Virus record (IMG/VR): IMGVR_UViG_3300020362_000263 | Span: 1-27,016 of that record | Reading direction: 5' to 3' (one strand) | Length of the DNA stretch: 27,016 bases | DNA from: a virus | Lineage: Duplodnaviria > Caudoviricetes | Shown: positions 1 to 7,098 of the stretch, piece after piece | Numbering within the stretch: position 1 is the first letter of the stretch | Layout: each line of letters starts with the position of its first letter | The notes under the pieces: model-generated | Database searches by the model: none | Seen by the model: only the letters and a program-made list of their open reading frames with translations | What the model was told of the DNA's origin: nothing | Made by a program: the position numbers and the translations under genes

Positions 1-14
1 ATCATCACAAGCCA

Positions 15-938
15 ATGGCTACTCGCACCAAAAAGCGGGAAGTATCAACAGATACTGTCACGCACACTTCTGACATCGACGACATCAAAACGTTTGGTGA
101 AGCTGCCCGATATACGTGGCGGCACAAATGGAATGGCAAGGCGTCAGAAAAGACATCCAAGATCAACATGGATCACTGGATGGCTGTTGCTGGTCACTCC
201 ACTCCCTTAATCAGGGCCAAAAAGGGCGCGTGGTGGACTCAAAAGATCGCCGAACTAAAAGAAGATCACCCATATTGGAGTGATTCCACGTTGAACCGGG
301 TAATCAGTGCCGGTACAACGATGATCAACTTCTGCCGGGATCAAGGCTTGTGCGATGTGAAAACACCCTGGTTTGAAAGGGGTGAGGAGGGAGAGCACCG
401 ATACACATTCTTCGGGAAGGAAGATGTGGAACATCTCGCGTTCGTGGCGGTTGACGTATTCGATCGACCGGACCTAGCCGATGCCCTCGTCTTCTCAGCT
501 TACACAGGGGTCCGCCAAGGGGAACTCCTAAAGCTGAAGGTTTCCGATATTGATTGGATGATGCGTTGCATCTGGGTCGGCGGTAAATCCCACCTCAAAA
601 CCAAGGGTAAGGACTGCCGAGCTATCCCTATGCATGACCGGATCGAGGATCTCCTACGCAACCGCTGCGAAGGCGCACACCCCCAAGCAACTCTGTTCGG
701 CAGGGATTGGTCGAATAAAGACCAGCTTTACGGGGCCTTCAAAAAAGTCCGCAAGCAATCAGGCTTTACCGAGGATTACGTGTGGCACAGCCTGCGGCAC
801 AGCTTCGCTACGTGGCTCGGTGAGGTGACACACCCGAGACAGATCATGGAGCTGATGGGGCACAAACAGATCGAGACGACCCTGCGGTATTGCAAGCCAT
901 CCGATGACGCTATGCGTCAAGCGATGAACAAGCTTTGA
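15..938 (+). CDS. int: Tyrosine recombinase / phage integrase (307 aa)
   Basis: The catalytic residue set is visible: YTGVRQGELL (R), KTKG (K), HSLRHSFAT (H-x-x-R), LMGH (H) and TLRY (Y). An integrase upstream of the RNAP is known in T7-like cyanophages. Confidence 0.95.
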   Translation: MATRTKKREVSTDTVTHTSDIDDIKTFGEAARYTWRHKWNGKASEKTSKINMDHWMAVAGHSTPLIRAKKGAWWTQKIAELKEDHPYWSDSTLNRVISAGTTMINFCRDQGLCDVKTPWFERGEEGEHRYTFFGKEDVEHLAFVAVDVFDRPDLADALVFSAYTGVRQGELLKLKVSDIDWMMRCIWVGGKSHLKTKGKDCRAIPMHDRIEDLLRNRCEGAHPQATLFGRDWSNKDQLYGAFKKVRKQSGFTEDYVWHSLRHSFATWLGEVTHPRQIMELMGHKQIETTLRYCKPSDDAMRQAMNKL

Positions 939-941
939 CAA

Positions 942-1023
942 TGCACCAGGGGAGACTTGAACTCCCACACCCGAAGGCACATGTACCTGAAACATGCGCG
1001 TCTACCAATTCCGCCACTGGTGC
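942..1023 (-). tRNA. trnL: tRNA-Leu (anticodon CAG), 82 nt, CCA not encoded
   Basis: The reverse complement is GCACCAGTGGCGGAATTGGTAGACGCGCATGTTTCAGGTACATGTGCCTTCGGGTGTGGGAGTTCAAGTCTCCCCTGGTGCA. It has acceptor stem GCACCAG/CTGGTGC, Leu-type D region GGCGGAATTGGTAGACGC, anticodon arm CATGT-TTCAGGT-ACATG, a long variable arm GCC-TTCG-GGT, T-arm GGGAG-TTCAAGT-CTCCC and discriminator A. Confidence 0.95.
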
Positions 1024-1058
1024 GTGACGGGATGAACGATACAACACGGGCGCTGGGG

Positions 1059-1086
1059 TTGACACCTGACATTGCCCCGTTAGAAC
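1059..1086 (+). promoter_or_regulatory. Candidate host sigma70-type promoter for the early/RNAP operon
   Basis: A perfect TTGACA at 1059-1064 is followed by a 16-bp spacer and an imperfect -10, TAGAAC (1081-1086). The -10 is weak, so the call is tentative. Confidence 0.3.
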
Positions 1087-1259
1087 GGGCTATCCGTCGA
1101 ACTACGCGGATCTACCACCCCAGCCAAGGGGGCCTGCAAGCCCTGCCCGGTCATATTGATGACCGCTTTCACCATCATGAAACCCTGTGTAGACCAGGGG
1201 ACCTGTTCGTCTCATTACATTCAGGTTCTAGCTAGCTTCACCTGTCATCAATGCACGCG

Positions 1260-1282
1260 ACCGGGTCCAAGGCCCGGTTTTT
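1260..1282 (+). terminator. Possible intrinsic terminator / hairpin
   Basis: ACCGGG-TCCAAGG-CCCGGT hairpin followed by TTTT, in non-coding DNA upstream of the early genes. Confidence 0.5.
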
Positions 1283-1319
1283 CAATAGGGGGCATCGTTC
1301 TCACTTCTGTGCATGAGTA

Positions 1320-1478
1320 ATGACAGAATCTAATGGGTATTTGACTCAAAAAGAAATAGACGAATTGTCTGCTGAAGACTATTCCTTTTATCTCGCACAT
1401 GGTCGGTTGCCGTTTATCGCCGACGAAGAAATAGAAGAGATGTTTTACAGGGAAAAAGACAAGTTTTACGACGTTTAG
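1320..1478 (+). CDS. Small acidic hypothetical protein (52 aa), not in ORF track
   Basis: Hand translation: MTESNGYLTQKEIDELSAEDYSFYLAHGRLPFIADEEIEEMFYREKDKFYDV*. It runs ATG to TAG, is co-oriented with the phage genes and fills the gap before the RNAP. Confidence 0.7.
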   Translation: MTESNGYLTQKEIDELSAEDYSFYLAHGRLPFIADEEIEEMFYREKDKFYDV

Positions 1479-1511
1479 TTCATCTACTCGCGCAACCACC
1501 CCTCCAAATAA

Positions 1512-3845
1512 ATGACCGAAACACAAGTTGATCCGTACTCACGTCAGCTTCACCTTGAAACAGTCGAACAAAAAGAGGAGGCCCTCGCCCGTCTCAATTC
1601 GAGAACGACGAGAGCCGAACAACGCAGTTATGCCTCGTCAGCGGTGTGGGGTAAGCACGCCCTCAATGGGCATTTATCCGCGTGCTCCAACGTCGTCGCT
1701 GAGCGGCTAGCCCAGATCGGCAACGGTCGGGCAGGTAAGCACTACGCGGCTGTCAGGTCATGTGTTGGGGAGTGTGAACCAGAGGTTCTTGCCCTACTGG
1801 CAATGAAGACCTGCCTAGATGTGTTGGGTAAAGAGTCGCGACCGACCTACATCACGCTTTGCACCCGTGTTGGTCATTCGGTCCAGTCCGAGCTACGGCT
1901 CCGCTTCTACCAAGAGCAGGACCCAAAGCTGTTCCACAACATCGAGGGCAGGTTTCACGCCTCTACAGGCAGCCGTCAAAAGCTGACGGTCTTTCGTAAG
2001 GGGTTCAATGACAAGGGCATCCCGTGGGATACGTGGTCAACCACCACACTCCACGAGGTGGGTGCCTGGCTCATCGAGTGCATTCAGAGGGCACGGGGTT
2101 GGTTCTCCACCCAAACAGCCCAGGAAAGCAAGCGGAGACGGGCCACAATCGTCCGATTCTCTGATGAGTTCCTTGACCTCAAGGATCAAATCATGGAGCG
2201 GGCTAGGGAGCTTGCTAGCTGCCTCTGGCCAATGGTTCATCCACCAGTTGATTGGACAAATGAGTCCATTGGTGGATACATCACAGGTGCTGAGCGTGGC
2301 TACAGGCTTGTGCGCGGGGGTTGCACATTACCGCAGGGGGAACTGCCCCTGGAGATGGTCAATCGTCTTCAGAAGACTGCCTACAAGCTCGACAGGCGTG
2401 TGTACGAGGTGCAGGAGCATTGCTTCCGCAACATGATCTCAATCGGAAAATTCAAAAGACAAGAACGGAAAGAGATTCCAAACCCTCTGACCGAGTCATC
2501 GTCCGAAGAAGAGATCAAAGCATACAAACGTCAACGTCGAGAGCTTGAAGACAGAAACGCTCAGCTCGAACGAGAGAACGTCAGGACAACTGAGGTGATG
2601 TATATCGCCAAACGTTTCATTGACGAGCCTCGTATATTCCTTTGCTGTAATTACGATTACCGGGGAAGAATTTATTTCATTCAACCAACACTTACACCGC
2701 AAGGATGTGACCCTGAAAAGGCTCTATACCTCTTTGCTGATGAAGGACCCATTAACAGATTTTGGATAGCCTTCCACGTTGCCACCTGCTACGGGTTAGA
2801 TAAAGCAACGCTGAGTGAACGGATTGAATGGACTGAATCTCACCCCAACCTCATCACTGAGATCGCCACTGACCCCATTGGCAACATGAACCTTTGGGCA
2901 AACGCTGATGAGCCCTGGTGCTTTCTTCAGGCTTGCTTTGAATGGTTTGAATGTTGTCTTGCTTGCACCAAATCCACTTCAGGTTTGATGATCGGGGTAG
3001 ATGCCACCGCCTCAGGGCTACAGCATCTCAGCTCGGCCACATTGGATCGGACAGCGGCAAGCCTTGTAAATGTTTGCAAGACAGATAAACCTGTCGATGC
3101 TTACGCAATCATTGCTGAAAAGGCAAAGGCACATGTACGTCCTGAGGTTCGCGATTGGCTTAATCGCAAAATAGCCAAAAGGACAACTATGTGCTTGCCA
3201 TATGGGATTACTAGGCACACTGCCCGTGGTCACATTCGGGATGCGTTGTTAGAACAAGGCAGAGATTTGAGTGAGCAAGGTTTACTTACCGAGATCACTA
3301 CTGCCATCTACGAGCACGCAATTCCTGAAGTCTTTGCTGGTCCCATCAAAGTGATGCACTGGATCAAACAGGTAGTTCGTCAAAAGATGAACAAGCCTGG
3401 CGTAGACCATCTCCAGTGGACAACTCCTGCAGGTTTCGTAGTCCGTCAAGACTTGCGGAAACCAATCACCCGCCGAGTCAACACCCACCTCATGGGCGTG
3501 GGTCGCATCACCGCCAGTGTCTACCTAGGCCCTGGAGAGGTTGATGTGAATCACCACTGCTCAGCTTCGTCGCCAAATTTGGTACACAGCTGGGACTCAG
3601 CCCTCCTCATGTTCACGTTCTGCTACTGGGACAAACCTTGGACTTCTATTCACGATTGTGTAATGGCCAGGTCATGTGACATGGATGCCCTTTCTGCAGA
3701 ATTGCGTCTCCAACACGCTGAAATGTATAAAGGCGAGCCCCTTAAAGATTGGGCAGAACAGATCGGGGTCGAAGTACCCGACGATCTGATGGTCGGAGAT
3801 CTGGATGTTGATGAGGTGAACGACTCACCTTATTTCTTCTGTTAA
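1512..3845 (+). CDS. T7-like single-subunit DNA-dependent RNA polymerase (gp1-like, 777 aa)
   Basis: Motifs DYRGRIY, GVDATASGLQH (motif A), RKIAKRTTMCLPYG (motif B), SPNLVHSWD and IHDC (motif C), with aromatic C-terminus YFFC. The compact size is typical of cyanopodovirus RNAPs. Confidence 0.97.
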   Translation: MTETQVDPYSRQLHLETVEQKEEALARLNSRTTRAEQRSYASSAVWGKHALNGHLSACSNVVAERLAQIGNGRAGKHYAAVRSCVGECEPEVLALLAMKTCLDVLGKESRPTYITLCTRVGHSVQSELRLRFYQEQDPKLFHNIEGRFHASTGSRQKLTVFRKGFNDKGIPWDTWSTTTLHEVGAWLIECIQRARGWFSTQTAQESKRRRATIVRFSDEFLDLKDQIMERARELASCLWPMVHPPVDWTNESIGGYITGAERGYRLVRGGCTLPQGELPLEMVNRLQKTAYKLDRRVYEVQEHCFRNMISIGKFKRQERKEIPNPLTESSSEEEIKAYKRQRRELEDRNAQLERENVRTTEVMYIAKRFIDEPRIFLCCNYDYRGRIYFIQPTLTPQGCDPEKALYLFADEGPINRFWIAFHVATCYGLDKATLSERIEWTESHPNLITEIATDPIGNMNLWANADEPWCFLQACFEWFECCLACTKSTSGLMIGVDATASGLQHLSSATLDRTAASLVNVCKTDKPVDAYAIIAEKAKAHVRPEVRDWLNRKIAKRTTMCLPYGITRHTARGHIRDALLEQGRDLSEQGLLTEITTAIYEHAIPEVFAGPIKVMHWIKQVVRQKMNKPGVDHLQWTTPAGFVVRQDLRKPITRRVNTHLMGVGRITASVYLGPGEVDVNHHCSASSPNLVHSWDSALLMFTFCYWDKPWTSIHDCVMARSCDMDALSAELRLQHAEMYKGEPLKDWAEQIGVEVPDDLMVGDLDVDEVNDSPYFFC

Positions 3846-3974
3846 TTGAAATCTCGGACATCACTCTCCAAGGTTCAGTGGCAACCCGGCCCGCCCAAAA
3901 AAACTAGACAGGGGCAGGGTCGGCACTCACTAAAAAACCACGGACGCAAAAAGACACGCGGTCAAGGCCGCTAA
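3846..3974 (+). CDS. Small highly basic hypothetical protein (42 aa, TTG start), not in ORF track
   Basis: Hand translation: MKSRTSLSKVQWQPGPPKKTRQGQGRHSLKNHGRKKTRGQGR*. It begins immediately after the RNAP stop and ends 6 bp before the SSB start, so it fills the gap almost exactly. Confidence 0.7.
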   Translation: MKSRTSLSKVQWQPGPPKKTRQGQGRHSLKNHGRKKTRGQGR

Positions 3975-3980
3975 TTTTTC

Positions 3981-4550
3981 ATGGCTAATCGCTACACCTT
4001 TAACACCACCCTTGAAGGCTTCATCAACGTCGGTGAGCCCTCTGGCAAGTACAACAACATGTGCTTTGCTTTCAAAATTCCCTCAGATGTTCTCGAACAA
4101 GTTGAGGCAGATTACGAAGGTTTGATGGACTGGGCTAAAAGCAAAGTCCCTAACCCCAATCGAGTATCCATCAATGCCCGCAAATGGGATGAAGATGGTC
4201 TTGTCAAGTACAGCTTTGGTGGTGACACCAGCCGTCCTGATCTGGTTTTTGTAGACACTGACGGGCAAATCCTTGATACCGCAACGCGCAAGTCGATTCG
4301 CAAAGGCACCAAAGTACGCCTCATCTGCGACCAAAAGCCGTACACCAAACCTTCTGTTGGAACGACTATTAAGGTTCTGGGCGTTCAAGTTATTGAACTT
4401 GTCGCCGGAGCCGTAAGCGACTCAGGTGAGATGTCTGCTGAAGACATTGTCGAAATGTTTGCGAAAGAACCTGTTGCAGGGTTTGTAGCTGCATCACCAT
4501 CACCAAAAGCCGCACCAGGCGCAAACGCTGAAGCTTACGAGGATTTCTAA
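3981..4550 (+). CDS. ssb: Single-stranded DNA-binding protein (gp2.5-like)
   Basis: It lies between RNAP and endonuclease. KGTKVRL...VLGVQVIELV resembles the gp2.5 OB fold, and the acidic C-tail ends in an aromatic residue (EAYEDF). Confidence 0.88.
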   Translation: MANRYTFNTTLEGFINVGEPSGKYNNMCFAFKIPSDVLEQVEADYEGLMDWAKSKVPNPNRVSINARKWDEDGLVKYSFGGDTSRPDLVFVDTDGQILDTATRKSIRKGTKVRLICDQKPYTKPSVGTTIKVLGVQVIELVAGAVSDSGEMSAEDIVEMFAKEPVAGFVAASPSPKAAPGANAEAYEDF

Positions 4551-4741
4551 TGGCTAACCACGAATTCACTGTCTCTCGGGACGAGATCACTGGAGTCTGG
4601 AAAGGCACGCTCGACATTGAGCTGCCTCCCATCATTGTCACCAAATACAAGGCTGACAAAAACGATTTCAAATATGACATCCAACGTGCTGTCACGGAGG
4701 TTGTCGAGGAGATCGTTTCTAAGGTTATGGATGAATACTGA
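4550..4741 (+). CDS. Hypothetical protein (63 aa)
   Basis: Coupled to both neighbours by 1-nt overlaps (TAATG at 4548-4552, TGATG at 4739-4743). Confidence 0.8.
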   Translation: MANHEFTVSRDEITGVWKGTLDIELPPIIVTKYKADKNDFKYDIQRAVTEVVEEIVSKVMDEY

Positions 4742-5094
4742 TGCGCTTCCGCTCCAAATTTGAGGAGCAGGTAGCAAAGTCATTCGATAAACAGGGCCAT
4801 ACATATTTGTATGAGCCCTCTAAAATTACTTACCAGTTATCCTGCTCATATACGCCAGACTTTTGTCTCCCTAACGGTATTTATTTAGAGACCAAAGGTT
4901 TTCTGAAACCGTCAGATCGACGAAAGCACATAGCGATTAAGGACCAACATCCAGACCTTGATATTCGATTCGTGTTTATGAGAGATAACAAGCTCTCTAA
5001 AAACTCCAAGCACACTTATGTGAGCTGGGCAGAAAAGCACGGGTTCCAAGCATGTGTCTGGCCCAACATCCCACCCGACTGGTTTGATGACTGA
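4741..5094 (+). CDS. Endonuclease I / Holliday junction resolvase (gp3-like)
   Basis: FRSKFEEQVA, YTPDF, YLETKG, DRRKH, HPDLDIRFVF and WAEKHGF are all T7 gp3 family motifs. Confidence 0.95.
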   Translation: MRFRSKFEEQVAKSFDKQGHTYLYEPSKITYQLSCSYTPDFCLPNGIYLETKGFLKPSDRRKHIAIKDQHPDLDIRFVFMRDNKLSKNSKHTYVSWAEKHGFQACVWPNIPPDWFDD

Positions 5095-5248
5095 TCCATT
5101 CAGAAGCTATGCAACTCAAGTATCCAAAGCAGTGATCAAACACTTGCTGGATATGGAAGTACCTCCTGATGACATTCTCGGGGCAATGGATGAAGAGCTG
5201 AACCGCTTTGAAGACATCGTTTTAGGGCCCTGGGACTATGAGAGATGA
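5087..5248 (+). CDS. Hypothetical protein (~53 aa; start re-called to ATG 5087)
   Basis: MTDPFRSYATQVSKAVIKHLLDMEVPPDDILGAMDEELNRFEDIVLGPWDYER fills the gap between endonuclease and primase with short overlaps. Confidence 0.65.
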   Translation: MTDPFRSYATQVSKAVIKHLLDMEVPPDDILGAMDEELNRFEDIVLGPWDYER

Positions 5249-6827
5249 GGAGTCTTATCCCGTTGAGTCACACATCGCCTGTCCAGATTGTGGCTCTAGT
5301 GATGCCTTGACTATCTACAGCGATGGTCATTCATTCTGTTACTCCTGCGAAAAATTGACACCCGCTGATGATTCCCGCGTAACCACCAACGCGGGCTTTT
5401 CCTACACAGGAGAGCATCGGGCGATTCGATCTCGCAAGATCTCTCTCGACACCTGCAAAAAGTTCAATGTGCGTGTGGCTGAAGGGCCACGATTACGCTT
5501 CCCTTACACCGCTGAGTCCGGCCAAGTGGTCGGCTACAAAGAGCGTGATAAGGAAAAGAACTTTCGCTGGGTTGGCAAGAACGCTGAAAAACGGCTGTTC
5601 GGCCAGAACCTCTTTGGAGGTCACAAAAAGACTCTCGTCATTTGCGAGGGCGAGATGGACTGCCTTTCAATCTGGGAGGCCAGGCCCAAGTGGCCAGTGG
5701 TGTCCATCTTTAGTGGGGCTGCCGGTGCCTACAAAGATCTTCAGAACAACCTGAAGTTCTGTCTTGAAGCAGATCAGATAATCCTGATGTATGACCAAGA
5801 CGATGCCGGACAGCAGGCAGCAATCAAATGCGCCTCTCTCTTTCCACCTGACAAATGTCTGATTGCCCACCTCGCTGGGTACAAGGACGCTAGTGAAGCC
5901 CTTCAAGCCGGTGATGCTGAGGCTATCCGTCAGGCGATATGGAATGCAGCCCCATATACGCCGAAACAAATTATTGATGGACGAGACCTATTTGATGCTT
6001 TACGTGCGCCAACGGTTGGCAGGGATGCTAATTGGTTTGTCGATGATCTCAATACCGTTACTGGTGGTCTTCGACTCTCGGAGCTTGTTCTCCTCACCGC
6101 CCCAACGGGTGGTGGCAAAAGCACCTTTTGTGGTGAACAGTGTCAGTCCCTTGTTCAGCAAGGGTTCAACGTTGGCTACATCGCTCTTGAAGAAAGCGTA
6201 AGGCGGACTGGTCTACGGCTCATGACCGTGGAGGCAAACAAGCCTCTCCACCTTGATAACTCTATTGATGAAGATCTCTTCAAAGAGGCCTTCGATAAGA
6301 GTGTCGGATCAGGACGTGTGTTCCTGAGAGACGGCTTTGGTTCTTGTGATCCCGATGCAATCATCGCGGACATGAGATACCTAGTCAAAGCGAAAAATGT
6401 TCAGTGGATCATTCTTGATCACTTGTCGATTCTGCTGTCGGGCAACGCAGCACACGACGAGAGAAAGATGCTGGACGAATCAATGACCAAGCTCAGAAGC
6501 TTTGTCGAAGAAACAAGAATCGGTCTGATTCTTATTAGCCATCTCAGGAGGACTACTGGTGACAAAGGTCACGAGGATGGTGCGATGGACATCTCGCTTT
6601 CCCATCTACGCGGCTCGCACAGCGTGGCGCAACTGTCTGACATTGTTGTCAGCCTGCAGAGAAATGTATCGGCAGGAGAAAATATGGCAAAGCTTAAAAC
6701 TCTCAAGAACAGGTTCAATGGCACGACTGGTGAGTCGGGTCAGCTCTCGTATAACTCTCAGACCGGACGAATGGTTTCAGTCAAAGGGCAAGCGAGCGAT
6801 CAAGAATATGAATTTGGGATCGTTTAA
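5238..6827 (+). CDS. DNA primase-helicase (gp4-like)
   Basis: Zinc finger CPDC...CYSC, TOPRIM motifs ICEGEMD and DQDDAG, Walker A APTGGGKST, plus IILDHLS, LRGS and KNRFNG (SF4 helicase). Confidence 0.97.
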   Translation: MRDEESYPVESHIACPDCGSSDALTIYSDGHSFCYSCEKLTPADDSRVTTNAGFSYTGEHRAIRSRKISLDTCKKFNVRVAEGPRLRFPYTAESGQVVGYKERDKEKNFRWVGKNAEKRLFGQNLFGGHKKTLVICEGEMDCLSIWEARPKWPVVSIFSGAAGAYKDLQNNLKFCLEADQIILMYDQDDAGQQAAIKCASLFPPDKCLIAHLAGYKDASEALQAGDAEAIRQAIWNAAPYTPKQIIDGRDLFDALRAPTVGRDANWFVDDLNTVTGGLRLSELVLLTAPTGGGKSTFCGEQCQSLVQQGFNVGYIALEESVRRTGLRLMTVEANKPLHLDNSIDEDLFKEAFDKSVGSGRVFLRDGFGSCDPDAIIADMRYLVKAKNVQWIILDHLSILLSGNAAHDERKMLDESMTKLRSFVEETRIGLILISHLRRTTGDKGHEDGAMDISLSHLRGSHSVAQLSDIVVSLQRNVSAGENMAKLKTLKNRFNGTTGESGQLSYNSQTGRMVSVKGQASDQEYEFGIV

Positions 6828-7098
6828 GCCCAATCATATGGTTCTTGTTCTTGACTACAACAAACATCAGCACCTGAAACATGCTGTTGATGAAGCCCTG
6901 TGGGGGACAGAAGGTCGGCACCTGATCAGCGTGTTGTTTCACCAAAACCACAACGCGATCCTGGTGTCTTACAAGATCAAGACGTTCCCAACACTTCTGA
7001 TCTTTAACTCAAAGATCGAAGAGGTCACACGCATCTGCGATGAAGACCTGCTGACCGTCCCGTTCTTCCGTAAAGCACTGGAGATTATGGAGCTATGA
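6808..7098 (+). CDS. Thioredoxin-fold-like protein lacking CxxC (~96 aa; start re-called to ATG 6808, alternative 6838)
   Basis: YKIKTFPTLLIFNSKIEEVTRI resembles the thioredoxin cis-Pro/beta-hairpin signature, and the size fits. There is no CxxC. Its stop overlaps the DNA polymerase start (ATGA). Fold assignment is by eye only. Confidence 0.6.
   Translation: MNLGSFKPNHMVLVLDYNKHQHLKHAVDEALWGTEGRHLISVLFHQNHNAILVSYKIKTFPTLLIFNSKIEEVTRICDEDLLTVPFFRKALEIMEL

Noticed and set aside
957-1235. 92-aa + strand ORF after the integrase
   Set aside because: It overlaps the tRNA gene, has a TTG start and shows no protein-like features. The tRNA and control region explain the sequence better.
6559-6807. 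Long N-terminal extension of the thioredoxin-like ORF given in the track (likewise 21048-21281 and 21698-21751 for the gp13- and gp14-like ORFs)
   Set aside because: These extensions overlap conserved upstream genes extensively. Downstream ATGs give typical short overlaps and family-like N-termini.
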